Positions 12,887 through 25,300 of a stretch of 64,000 nt of DNA are shown here, piece by piece. Made by a program: the position numbers and the translations under genes. Position 1 is the stretch's first letter; every line of letters starts with the position of its first letter. This DNA comes from Thalia democratica. Lineage: Eukaryota. The notes under the pieces were generated by a model that did not search any database, had not been told where the DNA came from, and was given only the letters and a program-made list of their open reading frames with translations. Location of the stretch: the NCBI GenBank assembly GCA_965202585.1, contig OZ241829.1:22134001-22198000 (forward strand). The letters are read 5' to 3'.

Positions 12887-15407
12887 GAAAGTATTTTTTG
12901 GGAACTGCTCAGTTCCAGCCCGCGATCAGTTTACGCCCGATCAAATCCAAGAACCGCTTACTGACTAAGGGTATGGGTTCTGGTAAAAGTGACAGTAAAA
13001 AATAAATAGAGAAAAAAATAAATAATTAAACTATAAAAAAACAAAGTTTGGGTGGGTATTGTGCGGGTGGGAATCGTAAGTTTACCATATTTTTCAGTGT
13101 ACTTAAAATGATATATGTGATGAATATTTCATTAACACAAAAGGTCTTGACAAAAAATATTTTGGAGACAATACTTATGTTAACTTTATACTTATAACTA
13201 AACGACCTTACCTTTATAACTCAAAGGCAACGTCGTTTCACCTAAGTGAAATATTTGACCTGCAAGGTAAATGAAGACGAAGGATAACTTAACAAATAAA
13301 TAGTGCAAAAGAATAAATATAATCAAATTTATAAAATATACAAAATCAATACGTTAATTTAACAATATTGTTAAAGTGAACAAAAATAAAAACTATAACT
13401 AGATATATTTAAAGCTACAAGTATTGATGTGTTGTATACAGTTTTAGATATAGCTTATAACAACACACATCAAAAATGGCATTTAGAAATAAAAGTACCG
13501 TAAAAATAACAAGCAAAAACAAAAGCTATAAATACGTTACGTTTTGAAGTAGAATTTTCTAAAGTGCGGACTGGTGTAAAAAAGTTCTTGCTTTTTATTT
13601 AAATTTTGTTGTTGTCTGCAACTGATATCTCAATTTTTTCCAGGTTGCAGGTTTTACAGATCTTACCTATATTATTTAATTCTCCAATCTTATGCATAAT
13701 GTTTCATTTAAGTTCGTAGCATGTGTTGTTACATTTTAATTTCCAAATGCACTTAAAGTTCTGTTCCTTTGTTTTTTTTTTAGGTATTTAATTGATAAAA
13801 CCGAAGCTAGTATGTCAAGCATACAAACGTATACCAAGTTTGAAGTCATAGGTTTTGTTAAAATAATTGTTAGTTAAATGTTGTTAACTTACATTGCTTT
13901 TTTTTGTTATTCACTGCATTTATTATACTATACTTAAACATATCTCTCATGTGAAACTTACGTCACGTTTAGATACAAATAAATTATTAGCCGTTTTTTC
14001 TATTTAAAGGTAATAAACAAAAACTACAAACGGGACGCCTTTGCACGAGCCGCCACTTAAGTACAGCGTCTCTTTGTACGTATTCATCCTAACCCCGGGC
14101 CTAAGAGACCCGTCCCATAACAAAAACTTCGAAGAGTTGTTACAAGGTAAGACAATTATTAATGACTAGAAATACAATATAAGTGTTATAAATTTTACAG
14201 TTTGTATTCTTTAATGTTAACAAAAGTTTTAGTTTTTCTTGTTGTCATTGACAATTTTTAGTACTTACTTATTAAACCTGTTTTGGTCATGAAGATTTTT
14301 TGTTTTTATCTTTTTAAAACTTTGTTCTGTTTCTAACTATCTGTTGTTTTAAACTTTAACACAAATCATCCTAAGTGATCAGTAATAACAAACAAGTTTC
14401 AAATACTTATTAAAAATATCAAAACATAAATTGTTTATATATATAGATTCTTATTAACAAAAAAATATTTTTTTGACCTGATCTAAAGCTTGATGGTAGT
14501 ACGATTAAAATCAAGGTCTAAATAGCACTTCAATAAAAATTGTAATTTCCAATATTCCAAATATTGTAAAAATACTATAACAATATTGTAAATATACTAT
14601 TCAGTGACTCATATTTGTAACTCAAAAAATAGTTATGTTGGTAGTAAGTACTAAAGTTAGAAGTGTAAAAATATTTATTTATTTTAACATAAATCAAAAC
14701 AAACAACAAGTTGAGTAGAATGTTAATTTATTATCAATTGTCGCAACGAATTACGTCATAATACTTTAAAATAGTTTTATGACGCAGTCACACAAAACAC
14801 AAGGGATTCAATATTTACAATAAAAATTGATCGAAGTATTTCAAAACGCTAGGAAATTTTGTAATTTTAAGAATCAATTAACTATTAATATGTTTTTTTT
14901 ATCAAAACAAACTTTAAGATTTACCAGAGATACCAGCCAAATCCTTAAATAAAAAGCTGAACGAAATTATGAACATTTTATTAACCTTGTTTATTCTAAA
15001 AAAATATTTATTAAATTAATTTACCCAACATTAAGAAACAAGTTCGATCAAATATGGACTTAACTAATATCGCCATCGAGAAATGCAGTAAGGTGGTGTA
15101 AAATATACACATCATACATAAGCAAATGTATAAATATATAAAACAACATCCGACAATGATGAGAAACCAACAGATGCATTTTTTAATATTTTTTTTAGCA
15201 ATACTGATAATACATCACAGAAATTTTCAATTTTATTCGTTTACTTTGTTGTTAACTGTTTTTTTAATTTAACAAAACAAAAACATTAAATGCCATAAAC
15301 AAACCTATGTTGGGCTAAAAAATAATTTACATTTTTAATTAACTTCATTAACATATTTTAAAACTCTCTTTTACAGAATGCATCCATCTACTCAAAGTTT
15401 CAGTCTA
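12887..15407. other. Cluster of exon-like islands (unidentified gene or pseudogene; strand unresolved)
   Basis: Minus-strand candidates: 15378-15407, 14032-14165, 13212-13259, 12909-12979. Plus-strand candidates: 12887-12970, ~13145-13266, an island ending at 14146, and 15378 onward. Good splice sites exist on both strands but no complete phase-consistent chain and no recognised family. Confidence 0.3.
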
Positions 15408-16334
15408 AGAAAAGGGACAAAATAATTATGTATAAATATAAATAAAAACAAACATACTCGCATAAAATGAACGCTTTGGAAAGCAGAAATAATTTTAGAA
15501 AATAATAATTAAACACACTACTAAAACAAGATTGTGCGACAAAAAGTATTAAAAAAAAAAGAAGAGTTAGTAATAAATGTTGGGCTGATGTAACTTTTTG
15601 TTCTTCAGGCTTTTAAGGTAGGGTATATATTTAACAGTTTAAAAAAAAAACCCATAATTAAAAGTCAAAAAATATTTAAAGCTGAGATTACGAATACACT
15701 ATAGTAAATCAAAGTAAAAATATTTGTAGTTAAAAATAGATATTTCAAAAGAAGTTGAGTAAAAGAATTGTTTATTAAAGAAACAAAAACTGCCAATTTA
15801 AAAACAATAAAATTCATAAAATTATCAGTATTACAGGTGGCCTTTTTTTGATGAAAGTAAAAATTTGAAGCAAAAGTCACAAATCGTATATGTTTTACCC
15901 TAACCCAAAAGTAATCTTAATATTTAATACCCGAAAAGAATGTATGTAAAAAGGATATCACAAAATCCATGATGGTCTAAAAAATTTATTCAGACACATA
16001 CAGGTTGATAATTAAATCTAATTAAATAAAAAGCTATGCGTCCCAAATGTAGGACTTCGTATTAAACAATAATTATCTTAAAGACCAATATGTTCAATTC
16101 AAGTAAATCTATTCAAACTAAAATACCTGAAACTTTGACAGTTATCCCAAAAAAAATCATGATAAATTTAATAAAAGTTCATCTAGCAAAATTTATATTT
16201 TTTTCAACAAATTTGAGTTTTTGTAAATTAAATTTTTATTTTCATACCAAAAAATTATTAAACAATGCTACAAATCACTGTTATTTCTTGCGGAGTACGT
16301 GGAAAGATATTTCAACATTATTTTTATATATATA

Positions 16335-19300
16335 TTAATCCTCTTTCTTCATAGGAACGACTTTCAGGTAAGCCAGGTGCTTGTTCACTTCGATCACGTG
16401 ATCGTCCTGGTCACGCATCAGTTCACACAGCTGCTCAGGCGTGACTAACGTTTTGAAGTCTGCACTGTCGGCTTTGTACAAGTTTCTCTTTGAAGTTTGG
16501 CGCGCCACGCTTTTCAGGGACTCTATGACGTCACTTTTGAACTTGTTCCTGTGCAGAAAAATTATTTAAATAGTATATTATTTATTTAGTATTGAAAATA
16601 CCTATATCTTCAAACTATACTCTATTACACTTAATTTAGTCAACATAAGATTCTTGACAACCAAATTTTCAGAAAACATTGTATTAAGAGAGGTAGATTT
16701 GAAAGAGACTAATTTATGGCAACTCTGGAAAACTAACTGTGCATGTTAACTAAAAAGTTGACAAGCATTTGATACCCTTTATTCTTAATAAATAGTTTTA
16801 TAATTAGTCTTCAGATTCCTCGTTATAAATCATTTTGATTAAAAATTTAATTATTTTTTTACAAGAAAATTTTAACTTTTAAAGCAAATGGTACAAAAAA
16901 GGTTGATTAAATATATAATAGTTCAATAAACTAACCAAGCAGGATTTTGTTCTTCTTCAAACAGATAATTGCAACTCAACACTAACTTAATAACTAAAGT
17001 GGCTCCAAACTAAAACAGAAAATCAGTTAACAAAATATTTATTGTGAGCTCAAATATAAATGTTCAGATCAATAAATACTTGTATTTAACTCTCAAATGT
17101 CTACTTCGGTAATAATGGTAAAACAAAGTATAAAACTGGTATTTTGCAACTACTAAATCTTATCCATACCTGATCTCTAAGAGCAGCATTCAGTGAAAAG
17201 GAAGTCATCAGAGACGTGATTATAAAAACTTCGTCTTTTTCCAAATTGTTCAGTGCGTGGTTAAAATGTGGCAACATTTCCAATAAGATCTGTAAAAACA
17301 ATCAAATATAACTAATTTTAATTATTTAGAGCAGTGGTCGGCAAGCTACTTCGAATCCGTGAACCCTAAATCACAAAATAAAAATTCTGTGCACCCTAAT
17401 TTGCATTCTTTAGCGCCGCTATATATTTAAGAATATGTAAACACTTATAGTCGTTTTTTTTAATAATAATTCAGTAACGCCCAGTTAACTTTTACACGCT
17501 AACTTTAAATTTACCAGTTTACCCTATCCATTTCAATAAACTTAAAATATTGATGATCTAATTTTTACAACAATATTTTACTTCTATCACCCATGTCTAA
17601 AATACTAACTAGATTAATCTAGTACATTGCCACTTCCCCAATTTACAATCAGTAGTCTTGGTACTTTTTATTTAATGGTAAATTTAAATATTTAGTTAAA
17701 ATTATATGGTCAACAAAAATAGAAAAATATTTGTAAAAACAAACTTGAAAACTCATTTATGTCATAAAAATGGGTGGAAGAATTTTTTACATAATGTAAC
17801 AGAATAGAACTAGTAGAGTATAAAAATGGTCGTTTTATTAACAACAAAATGGTTAATTAGATATCAAGGTTGAATATGTCTTAAATGTAGAAAGATTTAA
17901 AAAAACTTTAATTCATTTTCTGCGCGAAAAAAAAAATCATGTACCCAAAAATAAGTTTCATGCACCCCAAAAGTCTCGTGCACCCTAAAAGAAATTTCAT
18001 GTACACTAGTGTGAACCAGTGTACACCGTGCCGACCACTGATTTAGAGTATAGTATATTTAGAGTTAACTAATTTAAAGTCTTTTTTTGAAATTATAAAG
18101 ATAACATTGAAAGCAATAATTGTAACTAATACAAGGCGAAACATGAGTCCAAACTCCATGATCTCAATGAACAAATAAAAAGAAAATTGTATATTTAACG
18201 TAAAATTTTACCTTATCTTTAGCATCTCTTTTAACGAGATTAGCAATGTGTCCGACAATCGACTGCAGAACAATCTTCTTGCTACAGGGAGTCATGTACT
18301 TCATCAACCTAACCATCAGCTTCTTACCTTTCCTTATCTTCAATAGTTGGAAGATCTGTGTATAGTATATATTGTTACTTTCATTGAGACATGCTTTACA
18401 CACTTTAATTATAAATGCGCTCGAAGCACAAAAATAATAAATAACGTTTATCTGAATATTTAGTCTATTTATAAATGGAGGATCTAGTGCAGCAATTTTA
18501 ACTTTAGGTGAATTTAAAAGGAATAAACTACTTTGTTTTAGGGGTAAATTTTCTTTATCACAAGTTATGTATATTAATTCTGTTATTATCATTAATTTTA
18601 ATTGTACTTTTAATTTTTAAGTTATATCTAACTGTAAATTCTTAAAGTTAGATAACCTCATTAAGTTTTACGATTCTTTGTATTTAATAAGCTTCAATAA
18701 GTATAATTTTTTCTTCCTCAAAATTAAACATTATTTTGTATTTTGGGGGTAAGTTCAGTAATTACCTTCAAAAAGGGGTAAATGAAAAATAAACACAAAC
18801 CTTGTCGCTTTGCACATCAAAATCTGATAACTTTTTGTTCATTCCCAATAATGTGAGCGCCACGTTCATAGTTGTTTTTATTTCTTCAGTTACGTCCGTG
18901 TCCACTGGTATGCTATGAAAAAAAAATTTATTAAAATAAATAAAAGTTTTTAGAGTATGCTTTTAGATGAGAGTAGAAATTTATAAACTAATTATTAATC
19001 ACAAAGTAAACTTTCTTTATTTGATTGTTGTAGTTGTGTAAACTGGTGCAAGCTCAAAAATTAATAGAATTTTTATCTATATTTCATGATCATTTGGAAA
19101 TATTCTTAAAAATACCTGATTTATTTAATAGAGAAAATCAAACTAACTGAAAAGTTTAAATAATATTCAAAATTTCATAAAGCTTTATTTGTTGTGGATA
19201 TTTCAAAAAATTTTTAAACACAAAACAAAAAATTTTAACGGAAATTGATTTACCACTATAAACAATAACATACTTAAAACTTCAATAGAAAGTCAACTTT

Positions 19301-22300
19301 CAAGCAATATATTTTGTTTATAGTTAAATTACATTCTAAATTCATAAAATTTAGATTTTATTTAGATAAATTCTAATAAATTAAGAGTAAATATTTCAAA
19401 CAAGGCATGAAATTTAATCAACAAAAAATATCTTGTGATCTTATAAAGTTATATAAATTTGTAAATCTTAATTTTATTTCATCTTAATTACTTCCAAGTA
19501 AAATGTTTTTGTTTATAATAAAATATTACAAACTTTCTTTCATCTTTCTTCATATGAGGGTATCTTTTTGCTAATTCTTCAACCAGCATCACTTTGTTAT
19601 AAGCCTGTTTAATTTCAGAAATAAATATAACCCGTTTATCTGCTTATTATTGCTGTTAAAGTTTAAATCAATTTAAACATTGATGCATTTGTACGCACTG
19701 AAGCAAATTTTTGAAACAATTCTGTGAAACAACAAAAATGTTTGATTTTTATTAGTTTTTAAACAGACTTATGGTTTGTATTATTTATTTGTTTTCTTGT
19801 ATATGCACATTTAAGCATATTATACTATATAGCAATGTAAACGTAAATTTTAATAAAAAATTGTTTAAGTTAATGCACAATAATATGTTACAACTTAGTT
19901 TTAAATAACTATCAATAACTTTATAAATACACTTTTACAAAAGACACATTATTTAAGTCACATATTTTGAAAGCAAAAATTTCCCTCACTTAATATTAAT
20001 AACAAAGTTTTCATGGAAATACTTAAGTTTCATGCTAGACAGATTACTTTCTCATAGCTAAAACGATTGCATAAAATATATGCAATATTTTGGCATGAGT
20101 AATGGACATTTATAATCACCTACTAAACTATATTCAGTATACACAATTATAATAAGATAACAGACGCTTTCAATTTTTTATTATTTAAAAACTAATTTTT
20201 TTAGTACTTAACAGCTAAGTTTAATAAGAAATTGTTGTGGTTAAACATAAATGTAAAATTGATATGGCAAGTTTTCTTTTAGAAGTGTATAAATATTAAA
20301 ATAACTAACACTTTCGATTTTCTTGTAAGGAACGAGTCTTTTGCTCAAACTTGCTGCACCGCTTTCACTGTCCTGTGTGACGTAATAATAAAATTAATAT
20401 AGCAAATAAAAAACGTGAGTGTGAAAAAATAATAGTAAACGTGATAACGTGCTCAATTGAAAATTAACAATGTTTTGAACATGTTTTAAAGTTAGTCAAA
20501 AAGTTCAAACTAGAAATTATTTTTTATAGATATGAAAGTTTATACTAGCATTTAAAATAAAAGATAAATTTCATTCAGCTTAACTAACATCAAAAAAGAA
20601 ACCTAAATAACCTTAGTTACAAACTAATTACCAAAGGTATAGTTCAAAAATCATGTGGCTTTAAACTTTAATTAAAACTTACCAAGTAACAGGTCAAAAT
20701 TCATACACAGTTTTCAAAACATATGGCTTTAAATTTAAATTTAAATAAATTTAGGTAAACAGGTTAAATTTTAGAATAAAAGCTTATTAGCATATTAGAA
20801 AAATCAATAAAATTTTGTTACAACCTTATTTTTGAGTAGAAACAAATTATAATGCCCAATATCTCACAATCAAATTATAGCTTTTTATATCAAAATAAAA
20901 GTTTAAACTTTGTTCATAAATACAAAACATTTATACGTACCACACTTATACACACAAAAAAACTCTAATAAGTTAAGCTAAATATTGAGTTTAAATAAAT
21001 AATAAAACTCGGTTTTAGATAAAACCAACCAGTATTTTCTTCTAACTAATGTATTGATTACGCATTCTGACATGTTTAACAAAACTTAAATTATCCTATT
21101 GTAATGATAATTTTCTTAATACAGTACTTAATAATAAATTTATACACTAATTTAAGGATGAATTCAATTTTTACATTTGTAGTTTGTATTAACTATTTTA
21201 ATCATTTATTGTTGAAAATACTAACTTGATCGTTACTTTCTTGCTCTTGTATTTCAATAATTTGTCGCGGATTGTATACGCTAGATGTCGTAAGTTTTCC
21301 CAATGAGTTTTGAAATTGCACTGTTGTAAATAAATATGTTTAAAAAAACCGTACAAAATTAAATTATATTCAGAACACTTGTGATTTTTAGTCAAGAAGT
21401 GCAAAACTTTAGTTCTCACTTGACTGCTTTAAAATTTATGTTTAGAAAAAGTGACATGTAAAACTATTTGTGCGAGATTAATCATAAACTTAATAACTAA
21501 AAAATATTCTTATCTTTTTAAAGTAACAGATTCATCCATCTTTAGTATTTTAGATTTTTTAAACCAACTGTACACTTTTTAACATAAACATTTTTCTAAT
21601 AACAACTGCAATCAGCATAATGAAACATCAGAGATTAATTTTATAAAAACTATCATTACACAGTTGTGTTGAAATATTAATTTATGATAACATAAAACAT
21701 ACCAGGCACGTATTTTTTTCCTTCAGTATTTGGTTTTCTTGGTGTGACAAGCAAAGTGTCGCTTGCTGAATCGTATCCTCCATTAATAAGTTTCTTTTCA
21801 ATAAAGTTCTGTAAATTTTTTTTTATAAATTGATATTTATTTTACCTCTGTTTATTCGCTTCTTTTCAATGAAGTTCTGTGGATTGCATATGTAGCTTAG
21901 TGTTAATATAACTTAATTTTTGAGATAGTATTTCTAGTTTATTTATTTGTTCTCAATCAAGCTTGTTTATGTTACTTAATGTTTTTAAGCGAGTTAGTGC
22001 ATTCTGAAAGGTGTATTTATTATTATGACAAACATGAAACAAACCATATTAAAAATGCTGAAATGCATACGAGTATTTTTTATAACACTGATAAAATCTA
22101 TTTGCAAAACATTTCATGATAACACAACCACGATTAACCTTGTGCTTGGTGTTTAAACTTAACAAGTACTAATCTTAATTTATATTATTTATCAAAAAGC
22201 AATTAATACATATCGGATAATAATAACGAAAATCTACTTCAAGAAATTAATTTTTAGCTGATCATAATTTTATTCTAATCTAAAAAAATAATCTTATATA

Positions 22301-25300
22301 TGATTATTTTTTTTCCAAACCTGATTATTATAATAATTAACTTTTCACAAACCTGATAATAATAATCATTAACTTCGGGCCTTCCACTCTGTAGTGCATA
22401 CATTTGTATTCTGATCACCCACTCCTTATCTTTTATCGACATCAAACCGCTGTACGGATCGTTTACGTTCATATAGTTTGAATGATTGCTGTGGAAACAA
22501 AGTTTAATTAAACTAAACATTTGTGTAGTAGAATATGTTTATAAAATATTCACCAGGTGATCATCGTGTAAGCGAGAAACAACTGTAAAGCAATAAACTC
22601 AATATAACTTTTGATTTATTTAATTATTTAAAGGCTCCTTAATTGTTAATCTCTCTAGAAATTTATTGTTTACTCTCAATATAAAATATTCTATTAAAAA
22701 GACTATGTAACATTCATATCAAAAAAACTTGTACTTACAATGTATACTTTTGGAGAAAGCCACTCTATCCCATATGTACTTAACAAAAATAAGCATATAC
22801 ATACACATAATTTAAAAACAAACTTGTTACTGCTCTTCTTGTTGTTCATCCACTTGTGGTGCTCAGGGTGCAGCTGACCGGCTTTAAGTTGCTGTAAGAT
22901 CGGGAGCACGTTGGTAACCGGCCTCACGTTCCTCATGTTGGGCCGCATTTGAGGTGGTCCACGCATCATGTGGGGTGGTCCCATGTGGGGCGGGCCCATC
23001 ATCGGTGGTCCCCTCATGAACGGGTGGGGAGGTCCTCCGCGCATGTGCGGCGGGTACATGCCCGGCGGAAACCTGTAGTAGTTTGTTGCTTGGTTACCAA
23101 ATGAGAAATGACATTGAAAAACAAAGAACTTGTTATTGAGCAAGTTAATCTGATAAGCCAAAATATTTCGTTAGTAGTACTATATTATATACTATAATTA
23201 GGTTTAAGTTAAGTAACTATTTGCTTAATAATTAAAACAGACAGTTATAACAAGAATGATTAAATTCAACATACAAGTATATTAAGATTGAAACTAAAAA
23301 CATTTAAAATATGATGTAGTCTAAATAAAAACTTATTTTTAACAGTATGAATAAATATCTTTTAGTAAAAATGTACTATTGAAAGCATTATTATATCTTA
23401 TATTTAACTCTATATTATAAGGGGCAAGAAAACTTCTACTTTATAAAAATGGAAAAAAGTTAAAATATTTGATGAAAATTCTTAAAATTTAGTGGCCACG
23501 CACATATATTCACCATAATTTAACTTATATATCAGTAAATGATGTGATTTACTACAAAATCTTCCTTTTAAACAGAGATTTTTACTAATAAAATCGTTCA
23601 TTTAATAAACAATCATATATCACGTTTATTTTAGGAACAAATTGTTATTGAACGAGTTGATTTTTAACATGCATGCTTGTTGTTTTTGACAATTTTAAGA
23701 GGCACTTGTTGAGGTCATTGTCAGCCGCATTCATTATTTTTGTTTGCTGTTGCGATTTGGCGTGTGATTAAATATTTACTTTTATATTCATGTATTTCGT
23801 AAAATAATATTTTGTTTAAACTTTTTTTTTCTTTATTTATACTGAAAAAAAAATTAAATTAAGTTTTCTTAAAAATTTTCAATGTTAACTTTCAACATAT
23901 TTCTTTAAACAATCAATTTTGTTTTTCTAAATTATAAAAATAATAGATATTTACATTAATAAAATTTCAGTATATTAAAACTTGCAGCAGAATTCATTAC
24001 AACATTAACAATTCACAAGACAAACTGAAACTTGAAATTAAAATAAATAAAACCGCAAGTAGCCAACCATAAGTCATTGCTCTTTAGTCAATTATTAACC
24101 ATTTGTTTCACAATGTGACGTCACAAATAATACACGCATGACTTGATTTGTCTAAACAAAACACACTACTAGTTCTTACTAAATGACACGACATTAATTT
24201 TATTACTTTTATTAAAATAGTAAAATGCTTTCAAAAATTTTTTTTTTCATTTGAGAAAACTAAGAAGCGATTTACGACAATTTGTACTCTAACTAGAACT
24301 TACATGGCATAAATATAGACATTCTAACCTTTGTATAGACATTTTAAGTGTTTATTTTCTAATTTAAAATATTGTTATCTATTTATTTAACAAATTAACT
24401 AAATGACTAGTTTTGCACTAACAAAACACCCAACTTTTAATTCTACGCTGAAATGATGGTATTCGCATATATTTTATTTTTTCTGTATAATAAAGACTAT
24501 ATAGTTTTAAAATCATTTGTAGTATTTAATAACTTAAAAAATAAGTCTAAGATTGATTCATGGCAAGTTATATCAAAACAATAATAACAAGACATCAAGT
24601 GTTGTATATAGCTTCAATAACTCTTCAAAAAGAATAAAGTAAATTTATGGAAAATTACAGTAAATTATTTTACCAGTCGTTTTAATAAAACTTCATTTTG
24701 AAAAAAACACATGACACCAAAAACGCTAATACGTGTTGTTAACTACTAAAATATAATAAGAATTAATAATAAAAGCTAAAAAATATTTACTATGATGATA
24801 ATTTGTTTTAAAACTAAGGTATAACTTATCTAAACTTATTACAGTGTGTTATATTTATAAACAAAATTATGCTTGGCCATAAATTTCTACATTTTAGATT
24901 TTGTAAAGAAATGAATGAAATACAAGCCTTTGTTTGTGCAAACCAGAACAATATGTAAGAGATCAAATTAATAATTCAATGCATACTAAATGTCACTAAA
25001 CTACAGTGGCCTACGCAACAAGATTAAAAGAAATTCAAATTAATCAATACTGGAATTACTTGAAATTCTCCTAATTGCCACAACTTTCTGATTATTATGC
25101 TTACATGCTAATTGATTATGCATAAGTTTAGGTGGAACATGATTTTCAATTAGAATTCAACTGTTTAAAAACTCAATTTACGACTTATTCTGTTTAATAT
25201 GATAATTGAATGACAGAAATACTGTGAATTGTTACATCTACTAGATTCTTTTGGCTATTAGAAATAAAAACTTAACTTACTTTTTATTTTCATTAAAATA

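Noticed and set aside
13990-14090. Minus-strand LYLSGGSCKG resembling the patatin glycine-rich loop
   Set aside because: An in-frame stop follows within 10 codons and no GxSxG or DGG motif is found nearby; treated as coincidence.
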